DNA of 64,000 nucleotides. Origin: an uncultured Solirubrobacterales bacterium. GTDB taxonomy: Bacteria > Actinomycetota > Thermoleophilia > Solirubrobacterales > Solirubrobacteraceae. Below the pieces are notes generated by a model. It saw nothing but the letters and a program-made list of their open reading frames with translations. It was not told the origin of the DNA and did no database searches. Location of the stretch: contig CAVOOV010000014.1 in assembly GCA_963697655.1 (NCBI GenBank), forward strand, positions 38,118-102,117, read 5' to 3'. A program made the position numbers and the translations under genes. This document shows positions 52,721 to 64,000 of the stretch, piece by piece; within the stretch, counting starts at the first letter, position 1, and the number at the start of each line of letters is the position of its first letter.

Positions 52721-53353
52721 TCAACTGGCGCCGAAGCGGACCTTGCCGTTTGAGCGAGCGCGCTCCTGCACCTTGTCGACGAGCTCGAGCCGCTTGATCG
52801 CGGCCCGGAACAGCCGCGTCACGAGCCGTAGCCGGGCGTTCTCGGAGCGCATGTCGAGCAGGCCTTGCTTGGCGTCAAGGCCGAAGTCGACGGTGGCCGC
52901 CATCGCATACGCGCTCATCCCGGTCAGCTCCTCGGGATCGGGGTCGCGGTCGGTGGCGCGCTTGTACAGCTCCGCGTAGGCCTCGTGCGCGCCTTTCGTG
53001 AGGTCCGCGTCGACCTCGTCGTCCCGGTCCTCGACGAACTCGATGACGCCGGCCGGGTAGGGGAGGTGGCCCTGGCGCTCGAGCACACGAAATGGTCTCG
53101 TGCCGCGGACCACCAGGTTCATCCGGCCGTCGTCCAGCCGCTCGAGCACGCGATCGATCGCGCAGGCGCACCCGACCTCGCGCAGCCCGTCGTCGGACAG
53201 CCACACGATCCCGAACTCGCGCTCGGAGCCGATGCACTCGTCGATCATCGTCTTGTAGCGCTCCTCGAAGATGTGCAGCGGGATCAGCTCTCCGGGCAAC
53301 GCCACGATCCCGAGAGGGAACAGCGGGAACTCGCGCGAGGGGCCTTCGGGCAT
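52721..53353 (-). CDS. Lon substrate-binding domain protein
   Basis: PLFPL..V..PG...PLHIFEERY. Confidence 0.9.
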   Translation of the reverse strand: MPEGPSREFPLFPLGIVALPGELIPLHIFEERYKTMIDECIGSEREFGIVWLSDDGLREVGCACAIDRVLERLDDGRMNLVVRGTRPFRVLERQGHLPYPAGVIEFVEDRDDEVDADLTKGAHEAYAELYKRATDRDPDPEELTGMSAYAMAATVDFGLDAKQGLLDMRSENARLRLVTRLFRAAIKRLELVDKVQERARSNGKVRFGAS

Positions 53354-53364
53354 CCGCCCGCTCA

Positions 53365-53424
53365 GTCTACGGAAGGGCTGTCTACGGAAGGGCTGTCTAC
53401 AAAAGGGCTGTCTACGGAAGGGCT
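53365..53424. repeat. 15-bp tandem repeat x4 (GTCTACGGAAGGGCT)
   Basis: Directly visible; the third copy has AAAA; a partial fifth copy overlaps the stop of the upstream gene. Confidence 0.92.
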
Positions 53425-53430
53425 GGCCGT

Positions 53431-54348
53431 CTACGGACAGCGGGCGGTGACCAGCAGGTTGTAGAAGATCGCCGGCGGCAGCACCGGCTCGAGCAGCCGC
53501 TCGTCGACGCGCTGGAGCAGCAGGTAGCCGCGAAACGCGTACTGGCGCCACAGCATCGGCACGTCGGCCGGGTTGGCGGTCGCCTCGAGCGCGCGGTTGA
53601 ACCAGCCGAACCAGTTCGCCAGCAGCTCCTCGCCGCGGACGCGGGCGTCGTCAAAGCCGGCGGCGCGGGCGAGGCGAACGAGTTCGTCGGGGGCGAACGC
53701 GTGGATGTCGACCACCTGCTCGAGCCCGTGATCGCTGCCGTTGCGCGATCCCGGGTCCGGAGGCCGCGATGGCCTGGCGCCGAGCGCGCGGCGCCACGCC
53801 GGCGCGACCGCGCACGCGCCCCGCTTGGGGATCGCCGCGATCCGGTCGCCGACGCGCGAGGGCTCGCCGGCGAACACGATCCGCCCGCCGGGCTTCAACA
53901 CGCGATGGAACTCGGAGAACGCGCGCTCGAGGTTGGGGAGGTGATGGAGCACGGCATGGCCGAGCACGAGATCGAAGCTCTCGGGGGCGAACGGCAACGA
54001 TTCCGCATCGGCCCGCAGACTCCTCACGGGCAGTTCCAGCCGCTCGGCGTTCGCCGCCAGCGTGTGCACCATCCCGGGCGAGATGTCGGTGCACGTGGCG
54101 TCGTGGACGATGCCGGCCCGCAGCAGGTTCAGGCTGAAGTAGCCGGTGCCGGCGCCGACCTCGAGCGCGCGTTGAAACCCGCGGTCCAGGGCGGCCGAAC
54201 CCAGCAGCTTGCGAAGCTTGCCGACCACCTGGCCCTGGCCCACCTCGCCGAAGTCGATACCCCACTTGGAGTCGTAGCTCGCGGCGGCGACATCGTGGTA
54301 GCGCGTGTTGACATCGCGGATCTCGTCCGCCGTCCGCAGTGCCTCCAT
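53431..54348 (-). CDS. Class I SAM-dependent methyltransferase (Rv3038c-like)
   Basis: YHD....YDSKW, LEVGAGTG, GHAVLHH. Confidence 0.9.
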   Translation of the reverse strand: MEALRTADEIRDVNTRYHDVAAASYDSKWGIDFGEVGQGQVVGKLRKLLGSAALDRGFQRALEVGAGTGYFSLNLLRAGIVHDATCTDISPGMVHTLAANAERLELPVRSLRADAESLPFAPESFDLVLGHAVLHHLPNLERAFSEFHRVLKPGGRIVFAGEPSRVGDRIAAIPKRGACAVAPAWRRALGARPSRPPDPGSRNGSDHGLEQVVDIHAFAPDELVRLARAAGFDDARVRGEELLANWFGWFNRALEATANPADVPMLWRQYAFRGYLLLQRVDERLLEPVLPPAIFYNLLVTARCP

Positions 54349-54380
54349 GGCGGGGGCACATTACCCTAGGGTCGGCGCCG

Positions 54381-55148
54381 GTGAGCCTCTACGTTCAGCA
54401 GAACCAACCCCCGGGAGTCCCTCCGCTCGAGCTGACCGGTGAGCGCACGCTTCCGGATGTTCCGGCGGAGAACTACTGGTATCGCCGGCATCTGGCGGTG
54501 TACGAATGGATCGCCGCGCGGGTTGCCGGCGGGGTCGTGCTCGACATGGCCTGCGGCGAGGGCTACGGGTCAGAGGTGCTGGCGCGGTCGGCCGCGCGGG
54601 TGGTCGGAGTCGACGGCAATCCCGAGGCGCACGCGCACGCCAAGCTGCGGTACACGGGCCCGAACCTGACGTTCGAGTGGGGCGCGGTCGAGGCGTTCGG
54701 GGACCCCGGTGCGTTCGACGCGGTCGTGTTCCTGCAGACGATCGAGCATGTGATCGACCCGCCGGCGGTGCTCGAGCACTTCGGCCAGATCCTCAAGCCG
54801 GGCGGCGCCGCGTACGTGTCGACACCGAACGTGCTGAAGCTGGCGCCGGCGGGTCACGCGAAGTCCGACAACCCCTGGCACCTGCGGGAGTACCGGTCCT
54901 CAGAGTTCGGAGAGCTGTGCCGGGGCACGTTCGCCCGCGTCGAGATGCTCGGGCTGTTCCATGCGCGCAAGCTCCGCGTCCACGAGGCCGCGCTCGCGCT
55001 CGGCTGGGACTCGGTGCACTCGCGCCTCGGCGTTACCGACGCGTTCTACAGCCGGTTCACGCCGGCGATCGCCTCGAGCGACTTCGCGCTGCGGACCGAC
55101 CGGCTCGAGCGGGCGCTGGACTTCGTCGCGGTCTGCCGGAGCGACTGA
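54381..55148 (+). CDS. Class I SAM-dependent methyltransferase (Rv3030-like)
   Basis: LTGERTLPD...ENYWYRRH, CGEGYG, QTIEH. Confidence 0.9.
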   Translation: MSLYVQQNQPPGVPPLELTGERTLPDVPAENYWYRRHLAVYEWIAARVAGGVVLDMACGEGYGSEVLARSAARVVGVDGNPEAHAHAKLRYTGPNLTFEWGAVEAFGDPGAFDAVVFLQTIEHVIDPPAVLEHFGQILKPGGAAYVSTPNVLKLAPAGHAKSDNPWHLREYRSSEFGELCRGTFARVEMLGLFHARKLRVHEAALALGWDSVHSRLGVTDAFYSRFTPAIASSDFALRTDRLERALDFVAVCRSD

Positions 55149-55189
55149 ACCGGCGCATCGCCCGATGGCGGGCACGTAGGCTTCAACGC

Positions 55190-55660
55190 CGCGAAACTAA
55201 ATATTGGCCAATTGACATCCAGCAGGGCGACTCGCACGTCGACCGGCCGTGCCTGTCCGATGTCGCCGGCAATCCGAACACGAGCCTCGGCACGTGCCGC
55301 GGCATCCGGACGTGGCCGACGAGTCGGGCGACATCGCGACGAGCTCGTACGACATCTACAGCGATGAGCTCGGTGGCGCCTCGAGCGAGGGCGGGACGAG
55401 CCTGTCCTCGCCGCTGATGGTCGGGATGTGGACGCGGATCCAGGCCGCGTCGCGCCGCGGCACCGGGTTCGCCGACCCTGACATCTACCGCGTCGCCGAG
55501 AACGCGACCGACTACGCCCGCGACTTCAACGACTACCAGGCCGGCACCAACGGCTTCTACCAGGCGCTACCGGGTTGGGACTACGTGTCGGGCTGGGGAA
55601 CGCCGGTGTTGAGCCCGCTGATGAGCGATCTCGACGGGCGGACCCACCAGTCCGCTGACG
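55190..55660 (+). pseudogene. C-terminal remnant of an S53 (sedolisin) peptidase
   Basis: CRGI/PDVA split by a frameshift, GGTSLSSP, GWDYVSGWGTP; N-terminal half absent. Confidence 0.75.
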
Positions 55661-55720
55661 CAGGGGGAGGCTGGTCGAGAAACCCACCGTCTACGTCGGT
55701 TTCTCGACCAGCCTCGAGCG

Positions 55721-56425
55721 CTACCCCCAGCGGAACGTTCTCGGCGCTTTACGCATCCGGATGAGGCGAGCTGGGACGCCTCCGACCACCGCGTTCGACG
55801 GCACGTCGGCGGTGACGACCGCGCTCGCGCCGATCACCGCGTTGTCGCCGACCGAAACGCCTCGCAGGAGGCACGCCCCGTAGCCGATCCACACGTTGTG
55901 GCCGATGTCGAGGTCGCGCTTGTAGATCCCCTGCTCGCGGATCGGCCGCTCGACCTCGACCATCCCGTGGTCGAAGTCGATCATCATCACCCGGTCGGCG
56001 ATGATGCACTCACGCCCGACCTGAATGTGCTGGTAGGCCGAGATCGTGCACTCCTGGCCGAGCACGGACTTGGCTCCGATCGACAGCTCGCCCTCGTGAA
56101 CGCGGATCTTGCAGCCGTGTCCGAGCCACGACCAGCGACCGAGGCTTACGCATGCGTTGCGGCCGATCTCGAACTTCACCCCCGGGCACACGAAGCACAG
56201 CCCGTCGGTCTTCAGCCGTCCGCGCCAGCGAAGCTTGAGCCACAGCCAGCGCGCCACCAGCAGCCCATAGCCGGGCTTCAGCATGTGGTGCTCGCGGGCG
56301 AATCGCAGGAACGTCAGCAGGCCGCCGTGGAGCGGCGGCGGGCCGGAGCGGACCAGCGGTGGGATTGAAATTGGATCCCGCCCGCCCCGCGTCCGCTCGA
56401 GCTGCTCGGTGCTCACCGACTGCAC
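55721..56425 (-). CDS. Hexapeptide-repeat acyltransferase (Rv3034c-like)
   Basis: IRVHEG, DFDH, IREQGI, IGHNVWIG, GGVPAR. Confidence 0.9.
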   Translation of the reverse strand: MQSVSTEQLERTRGGRDPISIPPLVRSGPPPLHGGLLTFLRFAREHHMLKPGYGLLVARWLWLKLRWRGRLKTDGLCFVCPGVKFEIGRNACVSLGRWSWLGHGCKIRVHEGELSIGAKSVLGQECTISAYQHIQVGRECIIADRVMMIDFDHGMVEVERPIREQGIYKRDLDIGHNVWIGYGACLLRGVSVGDNAVIGASAVVTADVPSNAVVGGVPARLIRMRKAPRTFRWG

Positions 56426-56492
56426 GGACGGATCGTAGGGAGTTGAGGTGAGAACTGCATGCGGTCAGGTGACATGATTTGCTCCCTAAGGG

Positions 56493-57455
56493 ATGGCTGG
56501 GGCTGACGAATCGCTCGCACAACGGCTCCTCGCCGGCGACCGCCGCGCGCTCGCCCGCGGGATCTCGCTGGTCGAGAACGACGACCCCGAGGGGTGGGCG
56601 CTGGTCAAGGAGGTCTATCCCCGCACCGGCCACGCCTCCGTGATCGGCGTGACCGGGCCTCCGGGGGCCGGGAAGTCGACGTTGCTGGGCGCCCTGACCA
56701 AGCTCGAGCGGGCGCGCGATCGGACCGTGGCCGTGCTGTCGATCGACCCGACATCGCCGTTCACCCAGGGCGCCCTGCTCGGCGACCGGATCCGCCTGAC
56801 CGACCACTTCCTCGATCCGGGCGTCTACATCCGCTCGATGGCCAGCCGCGGCGCGCTCGGCGGCCTGAGCGAGGCCGCGCTCCAGGCCGCGCTGTTGATG
56901 GACGCCTCGGGGCGCGACATCGTGCTGCTCGAGACCGTCGGCGTCGGCCAGGCCGAGGTCGACATCATCGACCACGCCGACACCGTCGTGCTCGTGCTGA
57001 TGCCCGGCTCGGGCGATTCGATCCAGGCGCTGAAGGCCGGGGTGATGGAGATCCCCGACGTGATCGTCGTCAACAAGGCCGAGCACCCGCTGACCGACAC
57101 GATGGTGCGCGAGATCAGGAACGTGCTCGCGCTCGGGCCGAAGGGCGGATGGAAGGTCCCGATCGTCAAGACCGAGGCCGTGAACGGCGTCGGGATCGAG
57201 GAGCTGGCCGAGAAGCTCGCCGAGCACCACGCCTACGTCGAGGCCGAGGGCACGCTGTCCGAGCGCCGGCGCCGCAACCTGATGAACGAGGTGCTGGCGC
57301 TGGCGACGTACCGCATGCGCCGCGAGCTCGAGGCGTCGGTCCGCGAGGATCCCGAGGTCCAGCAGTTGCTCGACCGGGTCGTGGCGCGCGAGATCGACCC
57401 CGCCAGCGCGGCCACCACCGTGCTCGAGCGGCGGGCCGAGGAGCTCGCGCGATGA
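56493..57455 (+). CDS. meaB: Methylmalonyl-CoA mutase-associated GTPase
   Basis: GPPGAGKST, DPTSPF..GALLGDRIR, ETVGVGQ, NKAE. Confidence 0.94.
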   Translation: MAGADESLAQRLLAGDRRALARGISLVENDDPEGWALVKEVYPRTGHASVIGVTGPPGAGKSTLLGALTKLERARDRTVAVLSIDPTSPFTQGALLGDRIRLTDHFLDPGVYIRSMASRGALGGLSEAALQAALLMDASGRDIVLLETVGVGQAEVDIIDHADTVVLVLMPGSGDSIQALKAGVMEIPDVIVVNKAEHPLTDTMVREIRNVLALGPKGGWKVPIVKTEAVNGVGIEELAEKLAEHHAYVEAEGTLSERRRRNLMNEVLALATYRMRRELEASVREDPEVQQLLDRVVAREIDPASAATTVLERRAEELAR

Positions 57456-57922
57456 GCGCGGCGCTCGCGCCGGCGTTCCTGGTCGCCTCGCTGCTGTTGT
57501 GCGTGTCGGGCGCGCTCAAGCTGCGCTCCGGTGGGTCGGCGATGCGCGCTCTCGGGGCGGGCGAGGTGGCGCTCGGCGCCGTGTGCGCGGCGCACCCGAC
57601 CCAGGCGCTGGCGGTGGCGCTGGCGGTGGTCTACGCGGTGTTCGCGGGGGTGGCCGTCGTCCTCATGCGCCGTCGACTGGCGTGCGGGTGCTTTGGAGAG
57701 AACGACTTTCCAGTGTCCGCCGGCCACTGCATCGCCAGTGCCCTACTGGGGACGCTGGTGTTGGCGGCGGCGGTCGCCGGGCCCCGTGGGCTCGGCTGGG
57801 TCTTTGGGCGAGCGCCGGGCACGGCGGCCGTGCTCCTGATCGGGATCGCCGGCGCGGTGTACGCGGTCGTGCTCGTGTATACCGTTGTGCCGCGCGCCTG
57901 GGGAGCCTGGGAGCGGGCATGA
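57452..57922 (+). CDS. MauE/DoxX-family redox membrane protein
   Basis: SGALKL, CGCFG; TM helices. Confidence 0.8.
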   Translation: MSAALAPAFLVASLLLCVSGALKLRSGGSAMRALGAGEVALGAVCAAHPTQALAVALAVVYAVFAGVAVVLMRRRLACGCFGENDFPVSAGHCIASALLGTLVLAAAVAGPRGLGWVFGRAPGTAAVLLIGIAGAVYAVVLVYTVVPRAWGAWERA

Positions 57923-58541
57923 CCGCCGGCGACCGTGTGCTGGGGCGGCTCGGGGCACTGCTCGAGCGGCGCACCTCGCGGCGTGGGGCGCTCGCGCGCG
58001 CGGCGGTTGCCGGCTCGGCGCTCGCGGTGGCGCCGGTCCGCTACCTGGTCCGTCCCGGCACGGCGTGGGCGGTGCTCCGGCCCGGGACTGCGCCAAGGGC
58101 ACCAAGTGCACCGACGGCTACACCGCGTTCTGCTGCGAGATCGAGAACGGCAACAACGCCTGCCCGCCGAACACGTACATCGCGGGCTGGTGGAAGTGCA
58201 CGAGCTACCGCGGCCACGGCCTCTGCCACGACCAGGGGGTGCGCTACTACATCGACTGCAACCGGTTCCCGGGGACGGTGTTCCCGGGCGGCTGCCAGTG
58301 CGCCCACGGCGACTGCGCGCATCGGGCGGTCGACTGCAACCACTTCCGCTACGGGCAGTGCAACACCCAGATCGGCGGCACCACCGAGGTGGTGTGCCGG
58401 CTGGTCGTGTGCCAGAACCCGGCGACCGTGCCCTCGATGAACTGCAACGGGACCGAGATGGTCGACAACCGGACGTGCACGCACAACAACCCCTGCCTCG
58501 AGGGCCTGGGGATGCAGCTGCCGGGAGGAGGCGGGGCGTAG
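57919..58541 (+). CDS. Tat-exported Cys-rich protein, distant methylamine dehydrogenase light-chain (MauA)-like; frameshift near 58085
   Basis: TSRRGAL Tat motif; DGY, CPPNT..AGWWKC, YYIDC; 18 Cys. Confidence 0.7.
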
Positions 58542-59204
58542 GTGGTCGCGCTGGTGTCGGTCGAGACCGTGCTGTTGGTTCTGCTCGTCGTGCTCGTCGC
58601 GGCGCTGCTGCGCAGCCACGCGGCGATCCTGCGCCGGCTCGGCCCGGACGACGGTGCCGACCGGGGCGCGGACGGGTTGGGCGTGCCGGCGCAGCCCCGG
58701 TCGGCGATCCGCCCCGACGCGCCGGCGCCGGAGCTAGCCGGCGTCACGCCCGCCGGCGACGCGGTCAAGCTGTCGTTCGCGGGCGCGTCCGCGGGGCCGA
58801 CGCTGCTTGCGTTCCTGAGCACCGGCTGCACCAGCTGCGCGGGCTTCTTCGACACGCTCGGAGATCGACGCGCCCTGCCCGGTATGCGGCGCGTGATCGT
58901 GACCCGCGGCGCCGACCGCGAGCAGCGCGTCGAAGCTGCGCTCGCTGGCGCCGGCGGACGTTCCGGTGCGTGATGTCCTCGCAGGCGTGGGATGACTACG
59001 CGGTGCCCGGCTCGCCCGTACTTCGTGCTGATCGAGGACGGGGCGGTCCGGGGCGAGGGCGTCGCGACCACGTGGGACGCGCTCGCATCGCTCGTCGGCG
59101 ATGCGGTCGAGGAGCAGCGCGAGGAACGTGACCTCGAGGCGCGGCTGGCGGCGGCCGGCATCGGGCCGGACCACTCCAGCCTGTACCCGGAGGGCCCGCG
59201 CTGA
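58542..59204 (+). CDS. MauD-like membrane-anchored thioredoxin-fold protein; frameshifts at 58920-59020
   Basis: N-terminal TM, FLSTGCTSC, Y.VPGSPYFVLI. Confidence 0.75.
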
Positions 59205-59854
59205 GCCCGCTGCTGGTCCTCGGTTGCGCAGCTGCGATCACGGCCGCCGTGGTGTCCGCCTGGTCCCCCTGAGGCGAGTCGATGCTCGCGAGCATCACCC
59301 CGCTCGGAGAGCGGGGCCGCCGTTCAAACTGGTGGGTGACGGTGACCGCGTTCCTGATCGGCGCCATCGCGGCGTCGGCCGGCGCCGGCGCGGCCCTCGG
59401 GGCGCTGGGCTCGGTCGCGCTGCCGGCCCACCCCCGGTTGGCGGTCCTGCTCGGAGCGATAGGAGTCGCGATCGTCCTGGACGGCCTGCCCCTCGCGGTT
59501 CCCGGCCCCCGGCGGCAGGTCGACGAGCGCTGGCTCGACCGGTACCGAGGCTGGGTGTACGGGGCCGGGTACGGTGCGCAGCTCGGGCTCGGCGTGACCA
59601 CGATCGTGTCGAGCGCGGCGACATACGTGACGGTGCTGGCGGCGCTCCAGACGGCGAGCGCTCCGGCCGGCGCGATCGTCCTCGGCTGCTTCGGCGCCGT
59701 CCGCGGCCTCACCCCGCTGGCTGCCGGCGGCGTGCGAAGTCAGCGCCAGCTGGTCGTTTTCCACCGTGGCCTTGCGCGCTGGCGCGCCTGGGCCAGGTGG
59801 GGCGCGGTCGCAACGCAAGCCGGGATGCTCGTGCTCGCGCTCGCGCTGTCGTGA
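59201..59854 (+). CDS. MauF/DsbD-like membrane protein, probable selenoprotein (TGA at 59270-59272)
   Basis: In-frame SAWSP-U-GESMLASITP; probable CTG start overlapping the previous stop; RQVDERW, YGAQLGLG. Confidence 0.75.
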
Positions 59855-60299
59855 CCAAGCTCGAGGCGCACGGGCTGCGCGATCGAGCTGCCGAGGGGGT
59901 GGAGCGGGCGGGTGTTCAAGCGCGCCCGCGGCGGCGCCACGCTTCACGCCGGCGACTTCGAGCTCCCGCTCGACGACGGGGAGTTCGGGGACCAGAGCAC
60001 CGCGGTGATGCCCCCCGGCACGACGTTCCTGGCGCTCACCGAGTACCTGCCCGGGGGCGGGACTCGAGCCGGGCAGGGGACTGTTCGCGGCCCGCCGGGT
60101 CCCGAGGGTGCTCGACCCGACCAGCTTCAGCGCCAGGGGGCTGGCCCACCCCCGCCCGGACCAGGCCGGGACGCAGCACTTCTTCACCGCGGTGGGCCGC
60201 CCGTTCTGCCTGTACGTCGTGATCTCCGGCGCCCGGACCGAGCGCAGCCGCCAACTCGCGGCCCTCGGCGGGGTGCTGCGATCGCTGCGGATCGACTGA
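59851..60299 (+). CDS. Hypothetical protein, last gene of the mau-like operon (frameshifted)
   Basis: GTGA overlap; pieces LHAGDFELP..GEFG and QHFFT...RPFCLYVV. Confidence 0.6.
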
Positions 60300-60311
60300 C
60301 AACGCCTGTCG

Positions 60312-60872
60312 CTAGGCCGGGATCTGGTTGCCGGTGTAGCGGGCGGCGTCGTGGCCGAGGACGATCACGCACCGAGTCAGGTTGAGCCGAGACTTGTTCA
60401 CGTACGTGGCGCCGATCTGGGTCGCCACCGTCGTCCCGTCGGGCGCCGTGCCGGTCGCAGTGACGTGGAGCTTGATCTGGAACGGGACCTCCTCGCCGGT
60501 GGCGTAGACCTGGCCGGCGCATTTGAGCGGCGCGAAGAACCGGCCCGTGCCGGCGTAGTGCCCGGGGGAGGTCTCGGTCAGGATCAGCGTGTCGGTGGCG
60601 TTCGCGCGCCCGCGGAACAGGCGTACCTGAGCGCACGGCCCGCTGACGCACAGCGGCGTGAACGTCCAGGTCCGCTGTACGACCTCGCCGGCGTGCTCGC
60701 CGCGGACGTCGTGGGCGACCGTGACGCGACCGGTGAGCTGGAAGGTGCCCTCGAGGCGGGACTGGACCCCGGGGGCGGGAGGGCCCGGTTGTGCCGGCGC
60801 CGTGCCGGCGCCGGCCGCGGACATGAGCGATGCGGCGGCGACCGCGATCAGCGCGCGCGGGCGAACCCTCAT
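60312..60872 (-). CDS. Hypothetical secreted protein
   Basis: Signal peptide; overlaps the stop of the acyl-CoA dehydrogenase. Confidence 0.65.
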   Translation of the reverse strand: MRVRPRALIAVAAASLMSAAGAGTAPAQPGPPAPGVQSRLEGTFQLTGRVTVAHDVRGEHAGEVVQRTWTFTPLCVSGPCAQVRLFRGRANATDTLILTETSPGHYAGTGRFFAPLKCAGQVYATGEEVPFQIKLHVTATGTAPDGTTVATQIGATYVNKSRLNLTRCVIVLGHDAARYTGNQIPA

Positions 60873-62046
60873 GCCCCCAGGGCGCGGGCGATCACCATCT
60901 CCTGTACCTCGTCGGTGCCCTCGCCGATCGTCAGGATCTTCGCGTCGCGGTAGAACCGGCACACGGGATATTCCTCGATGTAGCCGTACCCGCCGTGGAT
61001 CTGGACCGCCTCGTCGGCGGCGCGTACCGCGAGGCGCCCGCTCTTGAGCTTCGCCTGGGCGGCCGTCAGCGTGAAGTTCGCGCCCTGGTCCTTCAGATAC
61101 GCGGACTTGTAGACGAGCAGCCGGGTGGCCTCGATCTCGGTGGCCATGTTCGCGAGCTTGCTCTGGATCGCCTGGAACTTCGAGATCGGGCGGCCGAACG
61201 CGCGGCGCTCCTTGGCGTAGGCGAGGGCCTGGTCGAGCGCGCCCTGAGCGAGGCCGACGCCCATCGCGGCGACGCCGATCCGGCCGATGTCGAGGACGTT
61301 GAGGAACTGGCGGAAGCCGGCGCCGCGCTGGCCGACCAGGTTCTCCTCGGGCACGCGGCAGTCGTCGAACGTCAGCGGTCGCGTGTCCGACGCGTTCCAG
61401 CCCATCTTCCGGTACGGCTCGCCCGGCTCGTAGCCCGGCGTTCCGTTGGGGACGATCAGGTTCGAGATTTCGCGCTCGCCGGGCGTCCGGTCGCCGCCGC
61501 GACCGTCGCTCCCGCGCCCCGTGCCGGTGACCGCGGTGATCACGACGACGCCGAGATGTCGGTGCCGGCGTTCGTGATGAACTGCTTGGAGCCGTTGATC
61601 ACCCACTCGCCGCTCTCGAGCGCCGCGCGCGTGCGGGTGTTGCCGGCGTCCGAGCCCGCCTCGGGCTCGGTCAGGCCGAACGCGCCGAGCCGCTCGCCGC
61701 TGCACAGGCGCGGGAGCCACTCCTGCTTCTGGGCCTCGGACCCGAACAGGTAGATCGGCTGGGTCCCGAGCGAGGTGTGGGCGCACAGCGTGATCGCCAC
61801 CGACGAGTCCACGCGCGCCAGTTCCTCGACCGCGAGCGCGTACGCGAACGAGTCACCGCCGGCGCCGCCGTACTCCTCGGGGAACGGGATCCCCATCAGA
61901 TCGAGCTCGCCCAGGCGGCGGACGATGTCGTATGGGAAGGCATGCGTCCGGTCGAGCTCCTCGGCTACCGGCGCGATCTCCTGCTCGGCGAACTCGCGGA
62001 CGGTTCGCTGAAGGAGGCGGTGATGGTCGGTTAGATCGAACTCCAT
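60869..62046 (-). CDS. Acyl-CoA dehydrogenase (frameshift near 61550)
   Basis: FGLTEPEAGSD, NGSKQFITN, QIHGGYG, IGEGT. Confidence 0.93.
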
Positions 62047-62078
62047 GCCTCGGATTCTCACAGCCCTACGATCAGGAC

Positions 62079-62491
62079 GTGACCACGAGCCGTCCCGACT
62101 GTCCCGAGGTCCGGCTCGGCACGCTCCGCGAAGGTGGGCTCGCGCCGGCGATCATGGTGATCGTCGAGCGCGGGGTGCAGCGCCGGCCCGACCAGGCCCG
62201 CGCGCTCCGGCTCGAGGTCGAGCTGCAGATGGAGGAGACCTACCCGCCGATACGGATCGTGTTCGGCGAGGACGGCGTACTGGTCGAGGACGGGCCGGGG
62301 TCGGCGCCGGGCCTGCGGATCAGCGGATCTCTACCCGATCTGGTGGCGCTGATGATCGCGCCGAACGTCCGCGGCGTGCCGAGCCCGATGAACGCGCGGG
62401 GCCGCGCGGCGATCGGGCTGTTCACCTCTCGGCGGGTTCGGATTCAGGGCCGCGTCGGCGCGCTGCGGAGCTTCGTTAACCTGATCCGGCT

Positions 62492-62495
<4 letters not shown>
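62079..62495 (+). CDS. Hypothetical SCP2-like protein
   Basis: Protein-like ORF ending RVRIQG. Confidence 0.6.
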
Positions 62496-63967
<1,472 letters not shown>

Positions 63968-64000
63968 CGGCCGAACATACCAGTGCTACTACGATGACTG

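Overview
High-GC actinobacterial chromosomal DNA; gene content and style suggest Thermoleophilia/Solirubrobacterales (inference). It is mostly housekeeping: ftsH, arfB, cspA, korAB, egtBD, glpX, moeA, a primary-type sigma-70, pilT, ppa, selD, parA-ftsZ, uppP, meaB and pepA. It also has two c-di-AMP riboswitches in front of cell-wall enzymes. Several conserved genes carry single-base frameshifts, most likely assembly indels. Highlights: (1) a ~7.7 kb locus (31.8-39.5 kb) with a secreted N/Q/G-rich 6x86-aa repeat protein that looks like a functional amyloid, membrane-anchored Pro-rich partners (one with matching CxxxC repeats), and a divergent sigma factor fused to an RHH-like domain and a C-terminal TM helix; (2) two genes with in-frame TGA at conserved Cys positions, probably selenoproteins: a rhodanese-CBS protein overlapping selD, and a MauF-like protein in a mauE/A/D/F-like operon that lacks mauB and mauG; (3) an unannotated structured RNA with a potential kissing loop plus terminator at 40.87-41.02 kb; (4) four phased 14-bp palindromes upstream of egtBD; (5) an FtsZ with a long N-terminal extension coupled to ParA. 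No tRNA, rRNA, CRISPR array or transposase was seen.
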